Shown here piece after piece: positions 18,748 to 30,800 of a stretch of DNA of 64,000 nt (within the stretch, counting starts at the first letter, position 1; each line of letters starts with the position of its first letter). Source of the DNA: Candidatus Eremiobacteria bacterium (lineage in GTDB: Bacteria; Vulcanimicrobiota; Vulcanimicrobiia; Vulcanimicrobiales; Vulcanimicrobiaceae); contig CAVWUU010000001.1 in the NCBI GenBank assembly GCA_963758295.1, positions 544,001 through 608,000 of the forward strand, given 5' to 3'. Made by a program: the position numbers and the translations under genes. The notes under the pieces were generated by a model that saw only the letters and a program-made list of their open reading frames with translations, was not told the DNA's origin and ran no database searches.

Positions 18748-19671
18748 ATGCTGGTTGCGGGGATCGACGGAGGACAAAGTTCCACGGTCGCCGCGATCGC
18801 GGACGAAAGCGGCCGCATCATTTCCCGCGGCGTTGCCGGTCCGGCCGACGAAGTCGGCGCGGATGCTTCGTCGACGCGTTTGCGTGACGCCTTACGGGAT
18901 GCGGTGCAAGATGCTGTGCGCAATGCCGGCTTCCCGTCGCACACGTCATTTGATGCAATCGTCGCCGGCATCAGCGGATACGAAGGCACGGTTTTCGGCT
19001 TAGCGCCGGACCTGCCGGCGCGACGGTTGCGCTTGATGCACGACGCGCCGATCGCGTATGCCGCCGCCCTCGGTGAAAAGCCGGGCGTTACCGTCATTGC
19101 AGGAACCGGTTCCGTAGCATTCGCTCGTTCCACGGATGGACGCGAGTTGCTTTGCGGCGGCTGGGGTTTTCTTTTCGGTGATGAAGGCAGCGCATTCTGG
19201 ATTGCGCGCAGCGCGATAACGCTCGCAATCGAGCACGAAACTTGCGCCGGTGTAGAAAGCCTGCTGAGTTTCTTCGACGCCCATTCGTTGCGCGAACTCG
19301 TTCGCGGATTTTACGTCGGAAAGGTCTCGCGCGACGAACTCGCCTCATTTGCACCGCTTTGCATTGACGCCGCGAAATCCGGCAGCCAATGCTCGTGCCT
19401 GGAAGAGCCCGCGAAAGAGGCGGCGTCGAGGCTGGCGCGCCTCGCAGCCAAAGCCGCGATCGAGCCGGCAGAATCGCCGTGGGTGGCCTTTACCGGCGGC
19501 CTGACGCGGGACGCATGGTTCCGCGAACGCCTTGCCGAGGCATTGCCTGAAAGCATGACGGCAGCCGGCATCTCGCATTGGCGGCAAACCGAGCCGGCAT
19601 CGGAGCCGGTTCTAGGCGCAGTTTTGCTCGCACTTCGCGAAGCCGGCATCCGCGAGATAATGCCGCAGTGA
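18748..19671 (+). CDS. BadF/BadG/BcrA/BcrD ATPase family sugar kinase (GlcNAc kinase-like)
   Basis: GIDGGQSST, VIAGTGS, GGWGFLFGDEGSAFWI. Confidence 0.88.
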   Translation: MLVAGIDGGQSSTVAAIADESGRIISRGVAGPADEVGADASSTRLRDALRDAVQDAVRNAGFPSHTSFDAIVAGISGYEGTVFGLAPDLPARRLRLMHDAPIAYAAALGEKPGVTVIAGTGSVAFARSTDGRELLCGGWGFLFGDEGSAFWIARSAITLAIEHETCAGVESLLSFFDAHSLRELVRGFYVGKVSRDELASFAPLCIDAAKSGSQCSCLEEPAKEAASRLARLAAKAAIEPAESPWVAFTGGLTRDAWFRERLAEALPESMTAAGISHWRQTEPASEPVLGAVLLALREAGIREIMPQ

Positions 19672-20345
19672 GCATTCTTGACGACCTTCGCGGCCGGCTA
19701 ATCGTGTCGGTCCAGGCTTGGCCCGGGTCGCCCATCGACGATCCGTACGTTCTCGCGGCGATGGCCGAGGCGGCACAGGTAAATGGAGCCGCCGGCGTAC
19801 GTGTCCAGGGCGTCGCCAATATGCTCGCCGTTCGCGCGAGAGTGGCAATTCCGATGATCGGCATCATCAAATGTCATTACGAAGGCTACGAACCGTACAT
19901 CACGCCTACCTTAAAACAGGTCGCGGAGATCGTGCAAAGCGGTGCGGAAATCGTCGCGTTCGACGCAACGCCGCGGCCGCGCCCGGGCGGAACGACGGTC
20001 GAACGGCTCGTCGGCGAGATTCATGCGGCCGCTCGCATTGCAATGGCCGATTGCGCTACGGCGGAAGACGCGTTAGCTGCGCAGGCCGCCGGCGCCGAGA
20101 TCGTTGCGACAACGCTGTGCGGATACACGCCCGGAACGAAAGGTAGAACCTTGCCGGCGCTTGATTTGGTGAGAACGCTGCATCAATTGGAAGCTTTCAC
20201 GATCTGCGAAGGGGGCGTAAGCTCGCCGTCGCAATTGAGAGAAGCGCTCGAAGCCGGAGCAGATGCCGTTGTAGTGGGTACTGCTATTACCAATGTCGAT
20301 GCATTGGTTCGGGAGTTTGCGGCCGGAGCGATCAAGCACCGCTAA
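19668..20345 (+). CDS. nanE: N-acetylmannosamine-6-phosphate 2-epimerase
   Basis: LIVSVQA, IGIIK, YITPT, DAT.RPRP, MAD, TTLCGYT, EGG, VVVGTAIT; GTGA overlap. Confidence 0.9.
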   Translation: MSILDDLRGRLIVSVQAWPGSPIDDPYVLAAMAEAAQVNGAAGVRVQGVANMLAVRARVAIPMIGIIKCHYEGYEPYITPTLKQVAEIVQSGAEIVAFDATPRPRPGGTTVERLVGEIHAAARIAMADCATAEDALAAQAAGAEIVATTLCGYTPGTKGRTLPALDLVRTLHQLEAFTICEGGVSSPSQLREALEAGADAVVVGTAITNVDALVREFAAGAIKHR

Positions 20346-20415
20346 AGTCGGTGCGGCCGGCTAAGTAGTTTTCCTATAGTAATAGAAGAAACCGCGGGTT
20401 AGGGAGAGACTTTCC

Positions 20416-21513
20416 TTGGTTGAGAACACAACGGCCGTACGCCTCGGTCGCGGATTTTGGACTGCAACGCTAGTTCTTGCTGTGCTTTCGATCCTTTCGA
20501 TCGTGTTTTGGTATACGACGTCGATCGGCATCGTAATGCCTGAAGTAGGAGCGCAGCCGGGCATCCAGATCGATGCGCTATTCCGCTTCATGGCGGCTAC
20601 GGGTTCGGCGCTCTTTATTTTTGTCGCCGGCTACATTGTTTATTTCTGCATCGCGTTCCGTGCGCGTCCCACGGACGCCCCCGATGCGATCGGCGTGCAG
20701 ATCCACGACAACCACTCGCTCGAGCTGTGGTGGACGCTCATTCCGGCACTCTTCGTCGTGCTGCTTTCTATCCTCAGCGTTCGCATTTGGTACGGAATCC
20801 AGTTGGCGCAGCCCACGAACGGCTTGGTCGTCGAATCGATCGGCCATCAGTGGTTCTACACGTTCCGCTACCCGCAGGTCCACGGCGAAATCACCGACGA
20901 GATGCATCTCCCGGTCAACGTTCCGGTCGTCATGAACGTAACGTCGTCCGACGTGATTCACTCGTTCTGGGTGCCGGCGTTCCGTTTGAAGGCCGACATG
21001 GTGCCTGGGCTCGTGAATACGATTCGGTTCACGCCGACCATTCCCGGACGCTACAAGATCATCTGCACCGAGTTTTGCGGAACGCTGCACGGCGCGATGC
21101 AGAAGCAAACCGTCGTGGTCGAAGATCAGGCGAGCTTCGATAAGTGGTTCCACGGTTGGCAGGTCAAGAACGCAAATGCGAGCGACGAGCTGCCTAAGGC
21201 CTCGACCGGTGCGGTCAGCCTTGCGGGCGGCGATGCGAAGGCCGGCCAGGCGCTCTTCCAGCAGAAGTGTTCCGCATGTCACGCCGTCGGACCGTTCTCG
21301 CAACGTGTCGTCGGACCGGGCCTCAAAGGCGTGCTGCACGACGCAGCGCACCCAAATCTCGTTGACGGCGATAAAGCGACGCCGGACAACGTCGCAAAGA
21401 TTCTGCAGCAGGGCTTTAAGGGCGATATGGGTGTGATGCCTAACGCCACGGCCAACGGGCTGTCGGATAAAGACATCGCGAACTTGGTCGCGTATCTGAA
21501 CACGCTGAAGTAG
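20416..21513 (+). CDS. coxB: Cytochrome c oxidase subunit II with fused C-terminal cytochrome c (caa3 type)
   Basis: LELWWT.IP, GHQWFY, DVIHSFW, CTEFCGTLHGAM (CuA), CSACH heme-c motif. Confidence 0.95.
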   Translation: MVENTTAVRLGRGFWTATLVLAVLSILSIVFWYTTSIGIVMPEVGAQPGIQIDALFRFMAATGSALFIFVAGYIVYFCIAFRARPTDAPDAIGVQIHDNHSLELWWTLIPALFVVLLSILSVRIWYGIQLAQPTNGLVVESIGHQWFYTFRYPQVHGEITDEMHLPVNVPVVMNVTSSDVIHSFWVPAFRLKADMVPGLVNTIRFTPTIPGRYKIICTEFCGTLHGAMQKQTVVVEDQASFDKWFHGWQVKNANASDELPKASTGAVSLAGGDAKAGQALFQQKCSACHAVGPFSQRVVGPGLKGVLHDAAHPNLVDGDKATPDNVAKILQQGFKGDMGVMPNATANGLSDKDIANLVAYLNTLK

Positions 21514-21529
21514 AGGATCAGCAAAACAC

Positions 21530-23208
<1,679 letters not shown>

Positions 23209-23209
<1 letters not shown>

Positions 23210-23835
23210 TGGCGGTAGCATCGATTCCGCATGGCGGCCACGCCGACGGACACGGTGAAGTCGATCAGCTCTATGTGGAAACACGCGAGCTGCGCCTTCA
23301 GGGATTTCTGCTATTCCTGATCGCCGACTGCGTCCTGTTCTCGTCCTTCATCTTCGCGTATCTCTACATGCGCAGCAGCGGCCAGGGCTGGCCGCCGCCG
23401 GGCGTGCACCGGCTCGACGTGGCGTTCGCCGCGCTGAACTCCGTGATTCTCTTCGGATCCGGCGCGACGATGCACTATGCGCTCGAGAACTGGAAGCACA
23501 ATCAGTTCGGCAAGTACGCGTTCTTCATGATCGCGACCATCATTCTCGGCGCGATGTTCCTTGGGGGTCAGGCGTACGAATATACGAACCTCATCTTCAA
23601 GGAACACGTAACGTGGGCCGGCAGCGGTATCTTCGGCGCGTCGTTCTTCACGTTGACCGGCATGCACGGGATGCACGTATCCGTCGGCGTGATTTACTTG
23701 ACGATTCTCTTTCTTCAGTCGCTCCAGGGCATCTACACGAAAGACAAGTACTTCGGCCTCACGGCAGGCACGTTGTACTGGCACTTCGTCGACGTCATTT
23801 GGGTCGCGCTGTTCTCGCTCTTCTACCTGCTCTAA
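23209..23835 (+). CDS. coxC: Cytochrome c oxidase subunit III
   Basis: FFTLTGMHGMHV, LYWHFVDVIW; start overlaps coxA stop. Confidence 0.93.
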
Positions 23836-23851
23836 GGACGAGACGAACACT

Positions 23852-24061
23852 ATGGATATCGCAATGGTTGAGCGCATCATCGCCGTGATCGGCGGCATCG
23901 TCGTCGCGATCGTATCGTTCATTGCGCTCAAGAACGACTGGCATACGCCCGGTCTAGACAATCAAGTCTTCAAAATCATGTTGGGCCTGCTGTTCATCGG
24001 CGCGATCGTCGCGCTGTTGGCCGGCGTGGGCGTGCTCGGAAACTTCCCGAAGGCGGCATAA
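23852..24061 (+). CDS. Small 2-TM membrane protein at the end of the cox operon
   Basis: 69 aa, two hydrophobic helices, purine-rich RBS-like sequence upstream. Confidence 0.75.
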   Translation: MDIAMVERIIAVIGGIVVAIVSFIALKNDWHTPGLDNQVFKIMLGLLFIGAIVALLAGVGVLGNFPKAA

Positions 24062-24063
24062 CC

Positions 24064-24267
24064 ATGATTGTCCACGACAGCGAATACATCGACTTCAGCA
24101 AGGTCCCTCAGAGCCAGGGGATGAGCAAATCGACGATTGTGATCGTCCTTGTCGGCCTCCTCGGTATCTTCATCATGGGCGGCCTTTCGATCGGTTTCGC
24201 AAGCTGGGGCCACGTGTGGCCTTCAGAGAAATCGCAGCGCATCGATCTCGGCACAATGTCGCACTAA
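24064..24267 (+). CDS. Small 1-TM membrane protein at the end of the cox operon
   Basis: 67 aa, one helix (IVIVLVGLLGIFIMGGLSIGF), starts 2 nt after the previous stop, followed by terminator. Confidence 0.7.
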   Translation: MIVHDSEYIDFSKVPQSQGMSKSTIVIVLVGLLGIFIMGGLSIGFASWGHVWPSEKSQRIDLGTMSH

Positions 24268-24289
24268 TTCGGCGACCGAAAAAACATCG

Positions 24290-24324
24290 GCGGCACCGTT
24301 CTTTGCGGTGCCGCTTTTGTTTTT
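24290..24324 (+). terminator. Intrinsic terminator of cox operon
   Basis: GCGGCACCG-TTCTTTG-CGGTGCCGC followed by TTTTGTTTTT. Confidence 0.8.
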
Positions 24325-24402
24325 GGGTGATGCGCAACCCCGGTATTGCGGTCCCAAAAAACCAAAGGGCCACTTGGTTGCACGCATAACTAATATAACG
24401 GG

Positions 24403-24996
24403 TTAATCCGGATGTTTGCCGGTGCGAGGAGCGATGCCGACCGCGAAAGCCGGGATTTCGTCGGGAACTAAGCCGGTGTTCCGGCCGTCGATTTTGTGAA
24501 TGCCGGCGAAGACCGAAAACTCGACAAGCGCCGGAATCGTTTTGTTCGGCAGCTTCTTGTTGCCGTAGCACTCCCATTCGCAAACAATGGAACGATCTTC
24601 GAACAACGTTGCTACGTAGCCGCTGCCGTCGATTTCCGATTTCGTATCCGGTTCGCGATAGCGCACGTAGCCGTCGATGATGTAAATCGGTTTGAACGTC
24701 TGCAGGTACGCGATGAACGGCGCAACCAACACGGCGATGAAGTACCCTAAGAATGCGATTGCGCCGATGCCGAAAATCCAGGCGATCTTGATGATGTCGC
24801 GGTCGGACGGCACGTGATTGGCGCGATAAACGATGCCGAATGTCAGGAAGGTCATGAAGAGTAGTCCCAGCAACGGCTCGATTGCTATAGCAAAACGGCC
24901 GGTCAAGCCGCGCCACACGATCTTTCTTTCGCGTTCGGTCCAGGGCCGTTGCGCCAGCATTTGGGCGCGCTGGTCGTTAAAGAGCCGGTACTTCAT
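24403..24996 (-). CDS. Hypothetical 2-TM membrane protein
   Basis: 197 aa ORF, two TMs, start overlaps the aidB 3' end. Confidence 0.75.
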   Translation of the reverse strand: MKYRLFNDQRAQMLAQRPWTERERKIVWRGLTGRFAIAIEPLLGLLFMTFLTFGIVYRANHVPSDRDIIKIAWIFGIGAIAFLGYFIAVLVAPFIAYLQTFKPIYIIDGYVRYREPDTKSEIDGSGYVATLFEDRSIVCEWECYGNKKLPNKTIPALVEFSVFAGIHKIDGRNTGLVPDEIPAFAVGIAPRTGKHPD

Positions 24997-26635
24997 GTTT
25001 CACAGGCGCCGCGCGTTCGATGATACCGCGGAAGGCTTCTTTGTTCCTGAGCGTGCCCATCGTGCTGCCCCATTGGCCGCCGATCCGGCTCTCGATAAAC
25101 GCATCCGCCACATAGTTCGGTGCGTGCTGAACGAGTAATGCCGCTTGCCAAAGGGTCGCCATCCGCTCGACCAGCGAGCGGGCGCGCCATTCGAGGTCTT
25201 CGGGTTCGCGCAGTTCCCGTTCCAGTTCGTTCGCCGCAACGAGCAGCGACGATTCGCCGAGTGCAGGCGCGATTTCGGTGCGAAACGCATCCACGGCTTC
25301 GGGCTGTTTGCGAATGATGCGCAAAACGTCCAACGCGTTGATGTTTCCGGAACCTTCCCAAATCGAATTGAGCGGCGCTTCGCGGTACAGGCGCGGCATG
25401 ATCGATTCTTCTACGTAGCCGTTTCCACCCAGGCACTCCAAGGCTTCGGCAACGGCAATCGGCGCTCGTTTACAGACGTAGTATTTGCCGATGGCCGTCC
25501 CGACGCGGCGCAGCGCGCCGTCGCGCCGTCCGCTTGCCCAATCGTCGATCGCTCTCGCGGCACGCAGAAACAACACCGTTGCGGCTTCCGACTCGAGCGC
25601 GAGGTCCGCGAGGACGTTTTGCATCAGCGCGTGCTTGATGAGCGGACGTCCGAAAGTTTGCCGGTACGTCGCATGGTGAATCGCCTGCGCAACGGCCTGG
25701 CGTAGCAGCGATGCAGAGCCGCCGATGCAATCAAGGCGCGTGTTATTCACCATCTCGACGATCGTGTGCACGCCTTGGCCTTCGTCACCAATGAGCCACG
25801 CGTGCGTACCGTCGAACTCGACTTCGCACGAGGCGTTGCTGTGATTTCCGAGTTTGTGTTTGAGGCGCTGAATGTTGAACGTGTTTCGCGTGCCGTCCGG
25901 CAGAATGCGCGGAAGATAAAAGCACGAAATGCCGCCCTCGGTTTGGGCCAGCACGAGAAACGCGTCGCTCATCGGCGCCGAGCAAAACCATTTGTGGCCG
26001 GTGAGCAGATACTCTTCGCCGTTTCCGCGTTGTGCCGTTGCCGGAATCGCGCGCGTTTGATTGCTGCGCACATCGCTGCCGCCTTGTTTCTCCGTCATGC
26101 CCATGCCGAAGATCGTGCCGGCTTTCTCGTTTTGCGGGAGCAAACGCGGATCGTACGTGCGCGCGCCCACGCGCGGCGCAAGCGTGCGGGTCAGCTCGGC
26201 GTTGCGCGCAAGCGCCGGCAACGCGGCATAAGTCATCGAAATCGGGCAGCCGTGTCCCGATTCAACTTGCGACCACAGGTAAAATTTCGCCGCGCGCGTG
26301 ACGTGACCGAACGGCGCGTCTTCGATCCACGGGGCTCCGTGCAGACCGTAGCCGGTCGCAGCCGCCATGAGGACGTGATACGACGGATGGTAGCGCACTT
26401 CGTCGATCCGGTTGCCGAAGCGGTCGTGCGTCTCGAGTTCCGGCGGATGCTCGTTCGCCTCGAATCCAAGTTGAATGACGTCCGGATTTCCCGCTCGGGC
26501 GCCCACTTCGCGGACCTCGGAAAAAGGCGCGTCCGGCGCTTCGCGCTGTAGGCCTTCCATGAGGGCCACATCGCTCTCCAAGAGATTGTATCCGGCGAGC
26601 GGAGGCGGCTGATTGGTGACGACGTGCGTTGCCAT
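24977..26635 (-). CDS. aidB: AidB-like acyl-CoA dehydrogenase
   Basis: THVVTNQPPPL, GHGCPISMT, GMGMTEKQGGSDV, GHKWFCSAP, KLGNHSNAS, TRLDC, REAPLNSIWEGSGN. Confidence 0.88.
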   Translation of the reverse strand: MATHVVTNQPPPLAGYNLLESDVALMEGLQREAPDAPFSEVREVGARAGNPDVIQLGFEANEHPPELETHDRFGNRIDEVRYHPSYHVLMAAATGYGLHGAPWIEDAPFGHVTRAAKFYLWSQVESGHGCPISMTYAALPALARNAELTRTLAPRVGARTYDPRLLPQNEKAGTIFGMGMTEKQGGSDVRSNQTRAIPATAQRGNGEEYLLTGHKWFCSAPMSDAFLVLAQTEGGISCFYLPRILPDGTRNTFNIQRLKHKLGNHSNASCEVEFDGTHAWLIGDEGQGVHTIVEMVNNTRLDCIGGSASLLRQAVAQAIHHATYRQTFGRPLIKHALMQNVLADLALESEAATVLFLRAARAIDDWASGRRDGALRRVGTAIGKYYVCKRAPIAVAEALECLGGNGYVEESIMPRLYREAPLNSIWEGSGNINALDVLRIIRKQPEAVDAFRTEIAPALGESSLLVAANELERELREPEDLEWRARSLVERMATLWQAALLVQHAPNYVADAFIESRIGGQWGSTMGTLRNKEAFRGIIERAAPVKHEVPAL

Positions 26636-26658
26636 TGCCCGGAACGCTTCGCCGTTCG

Positions 26659-28025
26659 CTAAGCGGCCTCTTCGAGCGGCATGGTCCGTTCTTGCCGGCG
26701 CGACTTCAGCGATGACGCGATACCAAGCGCGATCAGCGCAACAGCGCAGAACGCCAAGTAGGCATGGCGGTATCCGGTGGTCTCGTTCACGCTTGCGCCC
26801 ATGACGCCGGCTGCTAGCGAGCCGCCGAGGATCTGCCCCACGATCAGTGCTTGGCTGAGCAACCCAACCGCCGTTGCGCGCGAACGCTCGCCCGTTTCAT
26901 TCGTAACGATGTACCGCGTCGGCGCCCCGAGCAGCGCCCCGAAGCCACAGCCCGCTACGATCATCGAAACGATCGATAACGGCAACGAATGGAAGCCGAT
27001 TGCAAAAAGCGCTAAACCCGAGTTCGGTAAGGATCGCGCCGCCGAGCAACACGTCGCGGCTGCCGATGCGATCGAGCGCGCGGCCGGAAAGCGGAATAAC
27101 GATTACGAACGTCAGCGCACCCAGCGCAGCAATCGACCCGGCAGCGAGATACGAGAGATGCTGCGACGCGACGAGCACCGCAGGGATGAAGAAGAGCGAG
27201 CCTTCGAGCATGCCGATTGCGAGCTCGAGGACGTAGGTTTTTACTAATTGCGGCGCGCCCACGACGCTTAGCGGCAACAGCGGATTACGCGCTTGCCGTT
27301 CCCAGAACACGAATCCGGCAAGCAGCACCACACCGGCGATGGACACGCCGATACGCGTTGTCGTTAGGCCGTCCATGAGCGAGAGTAAACCCGCGCAAAA
27401 GAGCACGAGTCCCGCAGCATCGAGCGGTCCGCGAACGCGCGGCGCATTCGACGGGACATCGCGTAACGCGCGCCAGATAACGATTGCCGCCAGTGGAAGG
27501 TTTAGCAACGAAAATCCAACGCCACGAAATAAAATGGGTGACGACGCCGCCGAAAAGCGGTCCGACGATTGCGGCAAGGCCCCACGTGGCCGCGACTAGG
27601 CCTAGTGCCGCACCCCGGCGTTCTTTAGGAACGACGTCTGCAATTGCCGCGGTCGCGACGGGAAAAATGCCGCCGGCGCCCAGCGCTTGAATCGCGCGCG
27701 CAAAAAGAAAAACGTGAAACGACGGCGCGGTAATCGCGATTGCGCTGCCGATCGCAAAGAGACCAACGCATGCAACGTACACGAGACGCCGTCCGTAACG
27801 GTCGGCAAGCGTGCTCGCAATGGCGATCGAGGCAACGTTCACCAGCAGATACAGGGTGAAGACCCAAGCAAGGTCCGAAGTCTGAACCGCAAACTGCGTC
27901 CCGAGCGCAGGAAGCGCCGGTGAAAGGACCCCGAGATCGAGGGCTCCCGCAAAAACGCCCAAGCCAAGGGTAAGAAGAAGTGGAACGGCCCGTTTATCGA
28001 GGTTGTGGCCGGCAACGGTTTGCAC
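26659..28025 (-). CDS. MFS transporter (DHA2-like), frameshifts near 27505 and 27000
   Basis: GVFAGALD..LSPALP, LADRYGRR, ARAIQALGAGGIFP, ERRGAALG, GRALDRIGSR; split over three ORFs. Confidence 0.85.
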
Positions 28026-28030
28026 GAAAG

Positions 28031-28947
28031 TTACGCGATGATCCTATCGATGACCATGATGACGCACATGAGCGCGAGATAGATCAGAGAAAATTTGAAC
28101 GTGCGCCGCGCCCAGGTCTTTCCCGGATCGCGCCAAGCGCGGATCGTGTCGTACAGAAAAATCCCGCCCAGCACTGCGGCAGCCGCAGTATACAGCGGGC
28201 CCATGATATGAAGCGGATACAGAATTACCGACGCGACGACGAGCAAAATCGTGTAGTAGATGATTTCGCGCTTCGTGCGTTCGCGGCCGCTGACGTTGGG
28301 CAGCATCGGAACGTTGGCTTTGTGATAATCCATTTCGGTCATCAACGCGAGCGACCAAAAATGCGGCGGCGTCCACAAGAAAATCAACGCGAAAAGCCCA
28401 GCGCCGGGCCGCCGATTTCGTGCGTCACCGCGGCCCAACCAACGAGCGGCGGAACGGAGCCGGCTGCACCGCCGATGACGATGTTCAGAGGCGTCGTGCG
28501 CTTCAGCCACATCGTATAGATTACGACGTAGTAGACGTTCCCGGCCAGCGAAAGCCATGCGGCCAGCGGATTCACGAGGAAGAATAGCATCGCGAACGAC
28601 GCGATGCCTAAAATGACGGCGAACGTGACGGCATTTCGCACCGTCAAACGGCCGGCCGCGAGCGGGCGAGTTCCCGTGCGGCGCATCAGCTTGTCGATGT
28701 CACGATCGTAGATGCAGTTCAACGCTGCAGCGGAGCCTGCAGCGAGCGCACCGCCGAGCAGCGTCCAAAACACCAGAGAAAGCGACGGAATCCCGCGCGC
28801 GGCCATGACCATCGCGGCGGCCGTAGTGATCAAGAGCAGGACGATGATGCGCGGCTTCGCGAGATCGAGATAGTCGCTCAGCGTCCCAAGCAAACCCGTG
28901 AAGCGCGACGGAGCCGCACCTTCGACGCGGGACAGGGTCGAGCTCAC
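28031..28947 (-). CDS. ctaB: Protoheme IX farnesyltransferase (heme O synthase), frameshift near 28385
   Basis: LAKPRII, NCIYDRDIDKLMRRT..RPL, YTMWLKR, NIVIGG, WTPPHFW, DY..ANVPMLP. Confidence 0.93.
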
Positions 28948-29857
28948 CGTTGGGTGACCGTTGAACGAACGGTTTGTTCCGTACCGTCGAGCGCCGCAAA
29001 GACCGTTGCGACAACGAACGCAAGAAACACGAGCGCGGCGTTTACCGCGTGCGCTTCACGCAAATCCATAGGCAGGCGAACGCGACGTTCATCAAGCCAA
29101 GCAGCACTTGGACGAAGACTAGGGCAAGTCCGGTGCTTACAGCGGCGCGAACCCGCAAAGAGGCAGGACGAGCCCACGTCATAGCGATGGAAGCGGCGGC
29201 GCACACCAGCGTTGCGCCGGCGATGAAACGATGCAGCATTTGCACGTACTGGCCTTGGGTGTACACCACTACGTTACCCGCGCATTCGGGAATCGAAAGA
29301 CAGGCAAGCCCGGCGCCGCTCGAGCTGACGTACGCGCCGACGCACATCGTAATGAATGCCACGAGCGCGGTTCCCGCAAGGACACCCGCAAGAGCCGATT
29401 CGTATCGCGAAGCCGAGCGTTGCGGCGTTCGTCCGGCAGCGTAGCCGAAGATGCTCATTGCGGTCAGGGTGGCGATGAACGCCATGGCGGTGCCCCAATG
29501 AAGCACCACGGAGATCGGCGAGTTCGAAAGATGCACGGTCGCCGCGCCGAGGCCGACTTGTACGACAAAGAGCACGCCGATGATCGCGATCGTCGGACCG
29601 ATGAACGGCGAGCGCCTGCGCATGCGCCACGCCGCAATCATGACCGCAATCACCAAAGGAGCGACGCAGAAGGCGAAAAGACGGTGCGTCCATTCCCAGA
29701 CCGTTCCGTCGGCCATGGACGGAATGAGCTGGCCGTGACAGAGCGGCCAATCGGGGCACGTCATTCCGGCGCCATTGATACGAGTCCAACTGCCAAGAAT
29801 TACCGTGCCGAAGGCGACTAAGACGGCCGCCACGGACAACCGACGCAGAGTTTTCAT
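28944..29857 (-). CDS. ctaA: Heme A synthase (COX15/CtaA), frameshift near 29075
   Basis: GAGMTCPDWPLC, EWTHR, second Cys pair CLSIPEC, MLHR; GTGA-type overlap with ctaB. Confidence 0.88.
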
Positions 29858-29938
29858 GCGGACTTTCAGCGTACCGGGGTGCCCGTTAGCGGGCAACGAC
29901 AGTCGTCGCTTACCCGGCCTTTTCGCCGCCCAACCTGC

Positions 29939-30694
29939 TCAGCAGTTGTTGTTTGCTTTAAGAAGGTGGGTAGCGGCTGTACCCTCGTCGCGCGCAATGT
30001 CGGGAAGGGTCTGTTGAAAGTCGTTGGCAGCGCGATAACTCAAGACCTGATCGTTCGGCGCGTAGAGATCACCGGGCAGCGACGACCACATAGACGGCAG
30101 CGCCCCGTTTTGGGCGTCGATTTGCGCGCGCATCCGGTCCTCGCCGGGCGAATTGCTGGGCGTGTCCCACGTGGCTTCGTTCGCGTGCCACTCGCCGTGG
30201 TCGTCGCGCCGCATCTCTTCGGCATAAAGGTAGGCGACGAACCCGTCTAAATCGCGGGCGATTTTTCGCTGACGCCAGAGTGCCCCGCCAAGAGCGTCCG
30301 CAGAAGCCTTCAACTCGGCCTTTTCATCCGGGTCGGTGGCCTTCTGAGCGAGGTCGCGCAGGCGCCCAACCTCCTTTTCTCCGTCCTTCCACTCCTTGGT
30401 AATCGAGTCGGCGTAGGAGACGATGCCGTCGATCGCGTTGCGGCGGCGCAGCCCCATATCCATGAGGTTGTCGGCGTTTTTGGGGTCCCGCAGGGTCACG
30501 ATGAGGTTGCCCAGCGACGTGTCGTTGCGGACGGCGGAGCCGATTGCGGCGTTTACGTGGGTCGCAAACTCGCTGCAAAGCGCGGACGACCGGATCCGGA
30601 TAATTTCCTTAAGCGGAGCCGGGGACGTCGATGGGGCGGGACTGGGCTGCGGCGACCCGAGCGCTGCAGCGGTGATGAGAATGAGCGCCAGCAT
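29939..30694 (-). CDS. Secreted hypothetical helical protein
   Basis: Signal-like N-terminus, PSPAPSTSPAP linker, 251 aa. Confidence 0.7.
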   Translation of the reverse strand: MLALILITAAALGSPQPSPAPSTSPAPLKEIIRIRSSALCSEFATHVNAAIGSAVRNDTSLGNLIVTLRDPKNADNLMDMGLRRRNAIDGIVSYADSITKEWKDGEKEVGRLRDLAQKATDPDEKAELKASADALGGALWRQRKIARDLDGFVAYLYAEEMRRDDHGEWHANEATWDTPSNSPGEDRMRAQIDAQNGALPSMWSSLPGDLYAPNDQVLSYRAANDFQQTLPDIARDEGTAATHLLKANNNC

Positions 30695-30800
30695 GCCGCG
30701 AACTCCTGCACACGTGCAATGTTTATTCTACAACGAATCCGAGGCGGAAGGTGGTGACAAGAGGAATGGCGCGATGAAGCGGCACGCGAAAGGCCGACCT

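Noticed and set aside
24325..24402. Imperfect inverted repeat ATGCGCAACC / GGTTGCACGCAT
   Set aside because: Short, gapped and single-copy; not distinguishable from chance.
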